DNA of 63,873 nt, filler included, from Intoshia linei (taxonomy: Eukaryota > Animalia > Orthonectida): assembly GCA_001642005.1 (NCBI GenBank). It is 6 parts of 6 records of this genome, joined end to end, with 100 filler letters (N's around TTAATTAATTAA, not from the genome) between each part and the next. Parts side by side here need not be neighbours in the genome. Positions count along the whole stretch, not along the records: positions 1 to 17,815 come from LWCA01000826.1; 5 more parts are not named here. One strand, written 5' to 3'. The notes beneath the pieces were generated by a model that ran no database searches, was not told the DNA's origin, and saw only the letters and a list, made by a program, of their open reading frames with translations. Shown piece by piece: positions 1 through 14,295 of the stretch; positions within the stretch are counted from its first letter, which is position 1, and every line of letters begins with the position of its first letter. Position numbers and translations under genes: made by a program.

Positions 1-2
1 TA

Positions 3-440
3 TTGGTATATGTACAAAAATGCGAAGACTTAAAAGTACAATTTGAAGGTAGGTATACTGATTTTAAAAAAAGTAGTCATTTTTTTGATGTATACACCAA
101 ACCTTTTTCAATAGAACCAGGAATGGCACCTGATCATCTTCAGCTAGAGTTGATTGAATTCCAAACAAATACCGAACTGAAAGAAAAATTTGGCCTCTTA
201 CCTCTACAGAAATTTTATCGATATTGGATTTTGGCCACCAATTTTCCTCTTCACATCAATGCAATGAAGATACTGACCCTTTTCGGTAGTACATATAGGT
301 GCGAACAATTGTTTTCGTTGATGAAGGTGAGAAAGAACAAGACTACTAACCGAATACTAGACGAAAATTTAGCACATTGCCTCAAATTACATTCCACCGA
401 TGTAACTTTGGAACAAATGTTTGAAAATATGAAATTTTGA
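3..440 (+). mobile_element. hAT (SPIN/GTF2IRD2-like) transposase C-terminal fragment
   Basis: ORF contains LQLELIEFQ and LTLFGSTYRCEQLFSLMK..K..NRILDENL, the dimerisation-domain signature of SPIN/GTF2IRD2-type hAT transposases; 5'-truncated at the window edge. Confidence 0.85.
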
Positions 441-1454
441 TTTACAAAAATAAATTCTAATCTAAAAAAAAATAATTGTTTGTCGCTCGAGCGCGATCAT
501 AATTTAAAAATCTTCGGAATCTAGTTTATGCATCGAATTTTCTTTCGTCCTTGTAATGATAATTATTTTGGTTGGGCCCTTCTGAACAATAACCACAGCT
601 GTACAGGTTATTTGATCCAACGCTCTGCATGCAGTGACAAAAAATTTAAATTAGAATTTTTTACTTTTGTATGTATAAATAGTTTTGATTTCAGGGCTAC
701 AAATATTATGACATATGTCAAGCTAGAGTTTCATGCTAACCCTACATGTAGCTACAGCTCTAGAATCTAGGCTCTAGATATAAATGTACAAGCCAAGCCG
801 ATTTTGGGCGTTGTAACTATGTATAATCTGATTATTTAAATGAGCAGATTTTTGAAATGATCATGAGCACTCGTGAGCAAAAACACCACCCATGTGGACA
901 TCACGGGTCTAAAGCAACCGTCTAAAATCAAAAATTGATTTCTCTTTATCGAATTTATTAATTTCAAACAACCGCACTGGTAAGGCATTCAACTGCTCAT
1001 GATATCTAAAATTATCAAATTGTGACAATGTTAAATATAAACACATTTCCTCAACTTTATCTATTTTCATAAAAGCAAATTCTCGTTTCAACTCATCCAA
1101 ACTAAAATCAACATTTTTATTAGTAAAGACGCAAATCTTATCAACTCCAAATTTTTTAATGTTATTTATATTATATATTTTTATATTTTTAATGTTATTG
1201 TACAATGTACATATTTATTTACATTTATATTTAAATATTTATATATTTACATTGTATATATTATGAATTCTTAAATTTAACTTTAATCTAGGTTTTCTGT
1301 TGGTCAATTCAGTTTTTCTCCTAAAATTTTAAAAAATCTGTAAAATGTTTTATGGTCTTCTAATAATTAATTATCAAGAAAAACTATTAGGAACAATTTC
1401 AGGGTCATGCATAGCGAGCCACCTTTCCTATATATACCTTAATAGACAAAATGA

Positions 1455-2516
1455 ACGTCCCAAACTCACATCTTAAGGGTCAAAAACCTCTGTTGTCCCT
1501 CTTTTTGAAAATCAAACGAGTTGAAAAATTTAAAAATATACACGCTGATGCAGAATAAATTTAAATTTAAAAAAATATCTTCAGGGCCAAAACGACAAAT
1601 TACACTTTTTTTTTTAATGAAAACAGCCCTAGAATTTCAAAAAATTTCAATCCGAATAAGTGACGACTTCACGGTCAAAAAAGCATTTTAGTATTCATAT
1701 TTTTTTTTATAAAATATTTTATTAAAACAAAAAATGTGAAATAATTAACAGTCCGAAAATTAAAAAAAAAAAATGATTCTGATAGAGCTTATTCCAGTTG
1801 ATATAAATACAAAATTTAAATCCCAGAAATCTACGAATTCCCGGTGAAAAATAATTTTTAATATATTATCAACCAATATTTTTCAAATATTTTGATTTAA
1901 AATCAAAAATGTAAATGAGGATCCTACAATTTCAAAAAAATGTACATTGTACGTCTATACATTTCCAATAAAGAAATATGGGTGAAAATCTATATAATTC
2001 ATTCCTTTGTCGGAGTTGGTCGTAACTGCACTTCTTTCTTTTTATAAATCAAAATTCATCAAAATATATTTTTCGATATTATTACATTCAATTTATTCTA
2101 CTTCATTTCATTTCATAATATATAATTCTAGTTACAGATTCTACATATTACCCGCATATGCCCTTCGATTAGAATTTTTAAGATTGGACTGTTTTTACTT
2201 TATTTTTGATATTATACACACATTATATCTAATAAATTAAAAAAATGGGATAACAATTGTTTTTAAAATTCTGTATGCAAATGTTAACAAAACAAAAAAT
2301 TAAGATGGAATAATTCACTTTAAAGTAAAAAATGATGTGATATGATGGTTAAACCTGAAACAAATATGGGAACTACTCCTTAAAAGGATTGATAATAGTG
2401 AATATTAGGATTTTTCAATTAGATTTTCAACGTGAATTTATTTTTTAAGTATAATAAAAATGTGGCCTCGGCAGAGCTAGTCCCTGATTGTATGTAGTAC
2501 ATAACAGTATCCCTAG
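1455..2516 (+). mobile_element. Non-autonomous Helitron family copy (5'-truncated)
   Basis: Colinear with the copy at 26563-28005; ends in a subterminal hairpin and CTAG followed by T (2513-2517). Confidence 0.75.
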
Positions 2517-2788
2517 TTAAATTTATATTTCAATGCGTTTGAAATTTAAAAATTTAGATAAAAATGATTAATCAAATGAAAAAGAATAACTGATATTTCC
2601 AAAATATAATTGACTTTTGATAAATATCAAATAAATTAATTTTAAACCACAATAATGTTCAACATTTTGTAAATCAAATCAGTTATTAATTTATTTATAT
2701 AGTATTCTCTCTATAACTCACCACTATTGGAATTTAGAATAAGTTGCAGAAATAGAGACATTTTTTGTAAATGTTTTTATATTATATC

Positions 2789-3344
2789 CAGGGTTGCCAA
2801 CTGCGTTATTTTCCCCCTGAGAATTCGGGTTTTCTAATTCAACTCAAAGCTCAGGGTTAAGTGATATTTCTCAGGGTAATTTAATTATTTCAATGAAAAT
2901 CATCAAATCAGACATATTTTATAATTTTTAATAATAAAAAAATAGTTTCTAAAGTTTTGTCAATACCAATAAGCAATGCTTTTGTGGAACGAATTTTTTC
3001 AATTATGGAATATGTGGAGAAAAGATCGAAATAAAATGAGAATAAGTTTAGTGAAAGCAGAAATAAGTACAACTTGTGTACAATGTATAAAAATCAACTT
3101 TAACATGGAATGCAAAGACGTTATGAACTACTTAAAATAGCCTGCTCAAAATAACCTTATTAATATGGCCAAAAATCAACAAAATAATTGTCGAAAATAA
3201 TTGATTTTGAAATTTGCAATAAAAATTGTGTGTAAACTGTTATTATTTTTTGAAAAAGGAACCCCAAAGTAAAAGAGGCCCACAAAAAAATTTCACGCTT
3301 CGCTCAAAATTCAGGATTAAGAATAATTAATGTTGGCAAGCCTG
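2789..3344 (+). mobile_element. Internally deleted hAT element with TIRs and perfect 8-bp TSD
   Basis: TIRs CAGGGTTGCCAAC / GTTGGCAAGCCTG; TSD ATTATATC at 2781-2788 and 3345-3352; internal remnant reads PISNAFVERIFSIM (hAT dimerisation motif). The left end recurs at about 12921-13050. Confidence 0.9.
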
Positions 3345-3450
3345 ATTATATCGAAGGTCAACTGGTTTAAATCTTGGAATGTTTGCTTCATTGAATATTT
3401 CATACTTTCCATTTTAAACATCCATGAAATTAAGATAGAATATAAGAAAA

Positions 3451-4154
3451 CTAGCTTAGCAGTTTTGTACTACGTACAAACAACACCTAGCTCTGCCGAG
3501 GACACTCTTTTATTATACCAAAAAAATAAATTCATATTGAAAATCTAACTTAAAAATCCTACTATTCACTATTATCAATTCTTTAAAAGAAAGGTTCCTA
3601 AATTTGTTTCAGGTGGAACCGTCACTTGAAAAAATATATAAGTTCACTTCAAATAAAAGATATTACTAAAATAAGTGAGATTAGAAATTGAAGTAATAGA
3701 ACGAAATAGACTTACAAAATCATTTTTAGATGTTACCTACTTTGATAATATGTTATTATAAGATTGGAATTCTATACCTGAAACAATTAATAGTCTGATA
3801 TGTCTAGCTAAAGCTATATTAACTATATTTTTATCTACCTATTCTTGTGAATCGTTATTTACCACATTGAATAATGTCAAAAATCATAAAAGGAACAGAC
3901 TTCACGATGAAACTAATTTGGCTTGTGTAGCGTTAAAATTAACAAGTTATGAACCTCCCATTGAAAAACTTGCAGCTCAATTTTTTAAATCTAATTAAAT
4001 GTAAAAATTATTTTTTTAACTCATTTTCCATCAAGTTGTTCGTTTTGATTGACCTAATATTTTTTTAAAACACTAGAAAAAAATTTCTAAAAATAGTATT
4101 AAATTTAACACACCTAGTTTTAGTTGGCTGCCATCACTGTTATATAAGTTAGGA
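3451..4154 (-). mobile_element. Helitron-bounded composite carrying a hAT transposase 3' end
   Basis: Minus-strand Helitron 3' end (CTAG plus hairpin, 3451-3625) and 5' end (A^TCCTAACTTATATAA, 4154-4140) enclose plus-strand IFLSTYSCESLFTTLNNVKNHKRNRLHDE (about 3630-3998) and a hAT-like TIR end ...CCATCACTG at 4139. Confidence 0.7.
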
Positions 4155-4792
4155 TAAGCTTGATATAATAAATTGAGAAAAAGAAAACGACTGAGATATT
4201 TCTTCAGAAAATAAAAATCACCGTAAAAGTGTTAAAATGTGAAAGTTTTAAAATTTAAATATAAAAATTGTACCATAATACAAAATGTCTACTTATATGA
4301 TAAACACAAAAAAGCGAGTAAATTTTGAAAAAATCAAGCACTATAAATTGAAAAACAAACATATTTTTACATTCAAGCAATCATGTAACATTTGTATTAA
4401 AACGAAAAGATGTCAATCATTTTAGTGTAAAAGAGTATTTCGATCACTTTACCGTTTTTATCTACTTTAATGATAAGATTAATTTATTAAAAATTAATTT
4501 AAAAAATGGATAATTGGGTTTTTGACTCGTAAGAGTAGATTTTGAGAGGATGAAATAAATATTACTAACACCCTGGAAAAAACTGTAATGGAAATGTGGA
4601 CTTTATAAAATTCTAAGACTGCTGGTTATTGAAATAAACGATAGCACACAAAGACAAACAGAGCATTTTATATAATTAAGGATTATATTTATAACGTGAT
4701 TGATTAGAAAACGGATTATATATCCTGGGTATCTAAATTTTTTTCACCGTGATATCTATAATATTTACAGTTTATTAATAATAATTTCACAC

Positions 4793-7272
4793 TTATTTTT
4801 GTACTTCCACATCAATATCATCTAAATAAATAAAAATAAAACACAAATGTATAATATAAAAATATATTATTCCAACCATCGGCTTCCGGACAATTGCTTG
4901 AAAACTTTCAAAAATTTAAAAAAAAAAACTTTTTTTTATTTTATGTTCAAAAAAGATTCCAAATTGGACACCATATACAATTGAATTATTAATTGTATTA
5001 TTATTGCAATATATATAAAATGATATGTTTTTTTGCGCTAGTTAGTCATTTAATTTTAACAAAAAAAGCATATGATCAAATTAATAATTAAATATAAACA
5101 CTGAAAAATTAAAATCAAAACAACTTGCGCCAAAATCGAATATATATAAATTAACAAATATGTAAATTAAAAAAACCTGGTAACTTTATAGGAGAAAATG
5201 TTCCCTGAGTTAAACGTTGCATCAATACAGCATTGGTACTCTGTCGTTTCAATCGTATTTTGTCAGATGTCGTGTCCTTCAAGTGTATTTTATTAATCTT
5301 CATATACTGATTTAAAGACTCAATTGTCTAAATTCATTAATCAAACTGATGCAAATTTTAAATTCAATTTAAACCACCCAAAAATCCTTATAAACAAAAC
5401 ACTACCTAAAACCACTAAAATGACTGTCAAAATTGTCAATGTGTATGAATGTGTATTAATAAAAGACAAATAATTTACAATACCATATATAATAATATAT
5501 AAATTATTATTATTAAATATAATATTATAAATTACCATAATAATAGATGGATACAATTCAAAATCCCCTCTCATCTGAATACCATTAATAGACTTTGAAG
5601 TGAGATTCATATTATAAGATCTATAAATAATAAAACAAAAAAAAACTGAAATTACAAAGTAAACACGGTTCCCTCCAAAAATGCCAACAAAACATTTTCA
5701 TCAATATCAAAAATTCGACAGTTAAAATTTGAAGTAATACCATCTGTACAAACCCTAAAATGAGATTATAATATTGCAAAAAGTTACATAAATATTACAT
5801 AATTGATAATTTTAAAAATTGGAGTATAGATTCATCGCAATGATCTGTAAATTTATTTATATACTGTCGTAGCAAAAAATTTATAATTTTTAATTTATTT
5901 TCAGCAATTAAAGAACATTCAACATGACAAGAATGAAAAAGTTTGGATCTTGCAGAATAACATTCATCCAATAAATCTTTTAATTTATCTTCTGCAATTT
6001 CTTCAATAATTACTCTATTCGGCTACAATAATTTAAAAATTTTAATTTTGAGTAAATTGACACGTTACCTTGTGAAAAAGTGAAACATCTCTAAGTGAAA
6101 TGGGCTTAAATTGAAAAACATCTCGATTTTTTACCATCTAAATGTTAAACCATTTCCAACCATTTAAACGTCAGAAAAAATCAGTGGTTAGAACTGCTGA
6201 TATTTAACATATCAACAATTAACTACAGATTTTTTCGAATGTTACTATTATGAATATGAAATATAAATACTATTAAAATACATACATGTATGTAATAAAT
6301 AAATGAATAATGAAAATTCAGAAAAAAAACATTTTCTTATATACAACATATAATCAATAAAAGGGTGGTCATAATTTATATTACATTATTCATATTACAT
6401 GTGATGCACTAATTTCAATATTAAAAATTAAATTATAAAATTACATGATTGTAGATGGAAATTATCAAGGATGAAATTACATTTATGCAATCGTTCTAAA
6501 AATATAAATTAATTTAGATTATTATTATACAGTAATACAGTATTTTTATACAGGACTTTTATTTTAGAAATTGTCTGCTTAATCAATATTATTTAATTTT
6601 TATCAAGATTAGCATAATTTACTTAAAAAAATATTTTCATTTGATTAATTTAATGTGAATAAATGTTAATACTGAAAATTATTTCACATATCAGCATTCC
6701 ATCATACAAAGTCCTAGCTTACCATCTCAAGGTAAAAATTACGACAAAAGAATTTAAAATTAAAGTAAATTTTTTTATCATTACATTTTTATACAGAAAC
6801 ATTAATAATACAAAATGTATCATCTAAATCAAAATTCGTTTCGTTTTGTAAAAAAACACTTTTAAATTTAATAAACAATTCTATTAACCTTTTTTAAGAT
6901 TAAATAAAACATCATAAGAATAACCTTATTTTTAATATTGGAAACAAGTGTATATTGCCAATATATATATAAAATGGCAGGTATGAGTTCAACCACAAAA
7001 TTGTAGCAATTAGTTTTAATGATATCAGATAGAAATTGGGACAATATGAGCCAATTCTAAAATGATCCAATAAATAAAAATTAGAGATTTAAAACCTCAA
7101 AAGATAAATGTGTAAATAGCAAACTGTTTATCCTAATAAATATGGATTTATTGAGATTTAATTGTCTTATATCTTCATTTTTTACAATAATGACCTAAAA
7201 TACACGTTATAGAGATTATAGTCCAAAAAATAGAACTTTAAATTTTTCAATAAGCTCCCTAACTGTATCCAT
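4793..7272 (-). CDS. HYCC1: Hyccin / FAM126 (PI4KA complex subunit), multi-exon
   Basis: Spliced exons give MDTVRELIEKFK..FVVELIPAILYIY..SSLIISIYNH..FQFKPISLRDVSLFHKP..LIAENKLKIINFLLRQY..LLAFLEGTVFTL..QMRGDFELYPSIIM..IKLPDDI, colinear with hyccin motifs (SFTIPSLSKPSVYHEP, LTAQNRFEVLTFLLLCY, RAQLELYPEPLLV). Terminal exon boundaries approximate. Confidence 0.8.
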
Positions 7273-7355
7273 TGTTTGTATATATTTTAGTATCCAAACG
7301 ATCAATCAAAGGAAACTTTATTTAAATCAATTCAACTTTTGTTGATAATATTTTC
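7273..7355. promoter_or_regulatory. Putative bidirectional promoter between hyccin and CCDC47
   Basis: Only 83 nt separate the divergent predicted start codons (7272 minus, 7356 plus). Confidence 0.55.
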
Positions 7356-9458
7356 ATGTTAAAAATCTGTATAATTCTATTAATTCTCAATGTCATCAAA
7401 GGAGACGATCTTTGTAAATATGGGTAGATTGTTGATAATTTTTTTTAGTTGATGCTTCCAATTTTGACGGGTCGCGTGATGAGCAAATTGAAACCTATGT
7501 CGAAGATGAACTTGAAGATGTAATTTCTGATGAACCCATGGTACTGGACATTTGATTGGTTTGTAATTTTTTAGAAAGAAGAAAAACCTATGAAAAACCA
7601 CAAAATTAAAGTCAAAAAGGTTAATTTTTTAAAAATTTTTGGATACATTATAATTATTTTAAAGATGCCTTTCCAATTTGAAAATATAAACATGTATACT
7701 TTGGAATTGGTTCTATTTACAATTATTATGGTTTATATTACCAATTTTCTATATTGGTCCTCTGTTCATCAAAATATGACTACAAATTGGTTCAACAGTC
7801 ACAAAGAATTGTATTACGATGAAAATTTTACATGCAAGTTTTATTCATTTTTTTAATAGTGGTGTTTATTTGTTTTCAATTATATTTTAACGTAGCTGAA
7901 TCAGAATACATGGATAAATTTGATACTGTAAACGAAACAGAATCCAATCATTCCATTATCACCAAAGTTAGTGATAATCAATATAAAGTTCTACGTTTCA
8001 GCAAACAACCACCCATTATATCTTTTTTGTGTTCCCTCAAGTTTGTGAGGCGTCAAGATTTGTCATCTTTGATTTTGTCGTATCTGACAAACTCGAAAGA
8101 AGAATTAGTACGTGCTAAGAGTGTCTTTTTCATTAATTATTTTCATTGATAGATTTATCGTGTCAATTTTGTACCGCAATCGATAGATTCTTTTGTTTTT
8201 CTTCTATACAAAAAACGAGAATTAATTAAAATCAAAGATCACATGCCAGATATTGTAATTTTAATTATATTTTTAATTTAAAAAATTTAGTCGGATTTCT
8301 GTTTCGAAAATACAAAACTAAGCAATGAATTATCAAAAACGTACCACCTAAAAAGTGAAATACATGACACTTTTGCCGTCTTGTTTGATAAAAAAATTGT
8401 AGATTCATTGATATTTCTCAACAAAATTGTAGATTTTTTATATTTTTCCGATTATTATGATTCAGATGCCTTATTAAACAAGTAATTTTTTTATAAACCA
8501 TTTAAACCAGTGGTTTTCAACCGGGGGACCGCAAAATTTATCAGGGGGGGGGGTCGTGAGAATATGAACACAGTATAAAATATAAATAAAACTGAATATG
8601 CTTTTTTAATATTTTCATTTAAGTGAATTGATAAGATGTTTGAAGTATATAGAAAATTTTTTATGTTTATAAGGGGGTCGCGAACACAAAAAAATTGAAA
8701 ACCACTGATTCAAACTGTCAGACATACACAGGTATTGATTGGATACTTTTTAGTTAATTTTTAATTAAATTTAAATAAAATTTTAAATTTGAACAATTAT
8801 AAAATTACTATAACCGTTTTTTTGATATTTGCTCACACTTATAAATTTTTTTTTCTGAAAATTTTCATATTTATCAAAAGTCCACCTACTTTTTACTTAT
8901 TTTGTTAATCATTTAGAAACGATAAAACAGTTAAAACCAAAGACTGGAAAACTACTCTAATTATTAAATTTTCCTGTAATTAAAATTCAATTAAATATAA
9001 AATTTATAATTAAGTTTAGTTGACAAATCTAAATTAAATTTAAACAATCCCTCCGAAGAAGATATTGAAATTATAATTCAAATCAACAAGTTAATTTCAA
9101 TGATAATAACAAGCCTAATGAAATATAAACACAACAGAGATGTTTCTTTCAGCATTATTATTTACATGTACATTTTTAGAACAAGTTAATTGTTAATAAA
9201 AACAGAGAAAAATTTATGACCAGAATTTCCAAAGCAACTCACCAAAAAAGACAAGAAGTGGCTATGCAAAAAAAAGACGACAAAAAAAGAGCAGAACGGG
9301 AGAGAATTTTAAATATTAGAGACCCGGACATTGAGAAAAAGATGCAGGTTTAAAATATACACAAAACATTGAAATTATGTATAAAATTTCAGGCCAAATT
9401 GGACCGAAAAGAAAAGAAAAAAAACCAAAAATTTAAAGTGCAAACAGTAAGAGGATAG
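7356..9458 (+). CDS. CCDC47: PAT complex subunit CCDC47 (calumin), multi-exon
   Basis: Signal peptide MLKICIILLILNVIKG, acidic luminal stretch, TM YTLELVLFTIIMVYITNFLY, NWFNSHKEL, LKFVRRQDL, FLYFSD, and C-terminal coiled coil THQKRQEVAMQKKDDKKRAERERIL..KFKV; stop TAG 9456-9458. Confidence 0.9.
8508..8707. mobile_element. 200-bp hAT MITE in a CCDC47 intron
   Basis: TIRs CAGTGGTTTTCAA / TTGAAAACCACTG; 8-bp TSD ATTTAAAC / ATTCAAAC (one mismatch). Confidence 0.85.
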
Positions 9459-9469
9459 TTAATGATTTA

Positions 9470-10782
<1,313 letters not shown>

Positions 10783-11192
10783 TTAAAATTTTCAAATCAT
10801 ATCGCGCGCCTAAAAATAAACTTTCTAGTTTTGTATCCATGATATTGTATAAAATTCTTCGAGCTACGGAAAATGAATACATAACAAATTCAACACTTTT
10901 ACAATGGATTTTAAAGTTATCTTAATAATTTTAGATTTTCTGTCCGTTGACAATAAAAACATAAATTTCTCAAAATTGGGAAATTTTGAAATCAAAGAAA
11001 TATTGATATTTACTGGAAAAAATCTAATTAAGTTATCAAAGACAAAAATATTTTGAGTGGAATCCTACTATGAATCATAACTGTTGTTTTGATGAGTACA
11101 ATACGTTTCAACTAATAACTCGTGTAATTAAAAATATTGATACTAACGATACGAGAATAAAAACTGTTTATACAAATACTTTAAATTTACAA

Positions 11193-12746
11193 CTATTTAA
11201 AGGGTTTGGCTTTCCATATTTTTAATAAGCCATCTTCAGCATAGGTAACTAAACAATTTTCATGAGGGTGATGTATTATTCCAATGACATTGGCTTCGTG
11301 AACATTAATAGTTCTTTCCAATTTTGAGGTAGTAGAAGAAAAGCAGTACAAAACATTGTCTCTAGCGATACCAAAAATCCATTTTCCTTGAGGCGAAGGG
11401 TATACTGCGCAAAATTCACCCTTTTCATTTTTACCGCTAGTAAAACTTCTGACAATTTGACCATGATTATTAATTAAGACCAAAGTATTTGAAGTATTGC
11501 ATATTAGAATATGATCAGGATAATTTGGTAAAATATGAACACTATTCACGCTAACATCACCGCCAGATGACCCGCCCACTGATTTGTAAGTTTGAAGGCA
11601 CTCATTTGATTTAATATTCCATAATCGAACTGTCCCATCGGATGATGCACTAACAATAGATTTGTAATCTGGTGTGTAAATAACGTCATTAATGTATCCC
11701 GTATGTCCAATAAACTCTTTCAATGTTTTTGCTGATTTGAGTCCATGTATTCTGATGGTATTATCGAGCGATCCCGTGATAATTCTACTATTATCTTTGG
11801 AAAAGGCAATAGCAGTGACACTATCGTTGTGTGCTTTATCAAACCTACGTAAACATTGACCTGTCAGTATTTTCCAAATTTTTACCTTTCCTGCTTGTGA
11901 TCCCGTGGCAAACATTTCAGAATCAGTACTAAAAGCAATACATAGAATGGCAGAGTTCATCATAATAAAATTATCGTTGGCTTGATACTTCAGATCCTTC
12001 CGCAACTTGCCAGTTGTATAATTCCAAACTTCCACAATACCATCAACTGTACCCGTCACCAAAAACTGACCATCTGGGGAAATTTGACAACATTCCACGT
12101 GTGCACTTTTACCGAAACGAATAGTTTTTGCTAAATAGCTTGGACATTTTTCTTCTTCCCTTTCCTTGACTGTGGCTTTTCCGCGAAATACATCTATTGT
12201 TGTTCCAGGAGGTAAAAGACCTTGATGTTGTTGCCATTTTAAACTTTGACTCAATAAACACAATAATCTCGATGGTGGAACGACAGTAACTTCACACGAT
12301 AAAACTAGCGCAATTTTCGCTCTTACTTTTTCTTTGCTCATTCTATCCGGGTAGGCTTCTCTAGGGTCAAAGTAAGATCGACTCAATAAATTCTCTAAAT
12401 GTAGATATCTATCTGCATTGCTTTCTTTTAAGGCTAATAAAGGTTCAGTTTGGCGTAATAATGATCTAGCTGCGCCAAGTTCTCGAAGTTCTATTAATTC
12501 AATCACAATTTGTTCATACAAATCAATAAGTCTTTTATTAGGCAATTTTAAATTACGTACAACGCTTAGTACTACGTCCCAATTACCATTTTTGATATTA
12601 TTGACAAAATTTTCAATCGAGTCTACCGTGTTTAAGCTTATCCCGCTTTCTTCTTGTATAACTTTTAGAGTTTCCACAAAATTGTTTTCTTGTAGAAATT
12701 GTTGTATTAATCTCAGTACATCCGTTGATTCGATTTCAATTGACAT
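11193..12746 (-). CDS. SMU1: WD40 repeat spliceosomal protein SMU1, single exon
   Basis: 517-aa ORF beginning [21 protein letters not shown] (LisH), [48 protein letters not shown], then WD40 repeats. Confidence 0.97.
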   Translation of the reverse strand: MSIEIESTDVLRLIQQFLQENNFVETLKVIQEESGISLNTVDSIENFVNNIKNGNWDVVLSVVRNLKLPNKRLIDLYEQIVIELIELRELGAARSLLRQTEPLLALKESNADRYLHLENLLSRSYFDPREAYPDRMSKEKVRAKIALVLSCEVTVVPPSRLLCLLSQSLKWQQHQGLLPPGTTIDVFRGKATVKEREEEKCPSYLAKTIRFGKSAHVECCQISPDGQFLVTGTVDGIVEVWNYTTGKLRKDLKYQANDNFIMMNSAILCIAFSTDSEMFATGSQAGKVKIWKILTGQCLRRFDKAHNDSVTAIAFSKDNSRIITGSLDNTIRIHGLKSAKTLKEFIGHTGYINDVIYTPDYKSIVSASSDGTVRLWNIKSNECLQTYKSVGGSSGGDVSVNSVHILPNYPDHILICNTSNTLVLINNHGQIVRSFTSGKNEKGEFCAVYPSPQGKWIFGIARDNVLYCFSSTTSKLERTINVHEANVIGIIHHPHENCLVTYAEDGLLKIWKAKPFK

Positions 12747-14295
12747 TTCAATTTAATAAATTATTAAAATTGTTAAACAAAGTTGATTGCTAATTAAATC
12801 CATAACAACCAAATTTTCTGTAGTTTCACAATAACAAATTGTTGTACACAAGTTGTGTAACACAACATTTGTATTGTTGTTAATTTCGAAACTGATAATC
12901 TGTAAACTTTACAGTGAGTTCAGGGTTGCCAACTGTGTTATTTTCCCCTGATAATTAGGGATTTTAAATTTAACTCAGGGCTCAGGGTTAAGTTATATTT
13001 CTCAGGGTAATTTAATTATTTCAATCAAAATCATCAGATCAGACATATTTTATTTATATTCTATAATTTTTTTCTTTATGGTGAAAGACTCTTAGTGTTA
13101 GCAGTTAATTTTAGGAGAAAAACTGAATTGACCAACAGAAAACCTAGACTTAAGTTAAATTTAAGAATTCATAATATGTACATTGTATAATAACATTAAG
13201 TTAATGATTAACTATCAATATTGCAAATTGAATTTATAAATTTACTTTAAAACGGTTTGAATTTTACTAATATGAAAATAATATGGGTATTGGCTATTTT
13301 GATCTATGTAAACGCGCGTCAAACTGCAAATCCTTTGAAAGAAGTAACATTTGAAAATGTGAAAGAAAATTCTATAATATATAAATATATTAAATTTAAT
13401 AATGTTTTTGTCGTGAATAAAAATAATTCGACAATGATATGGGAATATCTGAAAAACAAATTTGAAATGATTGGATTATATAATAGAGCATCAAACCAAA
13501 TATATAAATTGAATAAAGGGTATATTGGTTATGTAAGTGAAGGTACTGATTATAAATTAATCTTTATATCATATGAAAATAAGAGGTCTGATACAAACAA
13601 AGTTCGTGTGATATCTACTAGACACATTGTACTTAGTAAAAAGATCTATGGTCAGGATAATATATTAAACGATTATGATAGAAACACTATTTTTGCATTA
13701 AAAATCAAAAAAATAATTCGTAATTTTACTTTTAAAGTTCATCAAGCAACAGAAATTTATATTTAATTTAATTATTAATTTATTTACTAACAAAATATAT
13801 ATTGAATCCTTGAATGAATTATATTTGTATGATGCAAACTTAGATAAATTAAAAATATTTATAACGAATATTTCTAAAAAATATCTCATTCAACATGATT
13901 CTATTTTTTGGTTATAAAATTGTGGAATAATACGAAAATTTTCGTATCGCAGGATAGGCAAATTATAAACACAAAATCGAACGAAAATCTAGAATGGTTT
14001 CATTCTTATCAAGTGATCATAGAAAAAGTTTATACCCTAAGACATCGAGTTTTGATACAATATAAGGTAATCTAAAGTGTTTATAATATATTGTATATAA
14101 ATTCTAAATAATTAATTATTTAATTTTTACAGTGGTTCTCAAATTATTTTTATATCACAACACCCTTAATAGACAATTTTTCTTTACGGCGCCCCTAATT
14201 TCATTCAAGAATCNCATTTCGAAAATCATAATGTTTGACCAAGTATAAAGGGTGTCGGTCACTAATGGGTTAAGTAAGCTTATAATCAAATCAAT

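Noticed and set aside
5341-5535. Apparent transmembrane protein in ORF 5341-5610
   Set aside because: The hydrophobic part is read-through into a hyccin intron after ..YPSIIM|GTAATT.
12418-12756. Antisense or alternative-frame ORFs over real genes (also 11276-11464, 39020-39283, 40557-40781, 49653-49877, 58085-58321)
   Set aside because: Shadow ORFs of SMU1, the USP9-like exon, transposases or other exons; no independent support.
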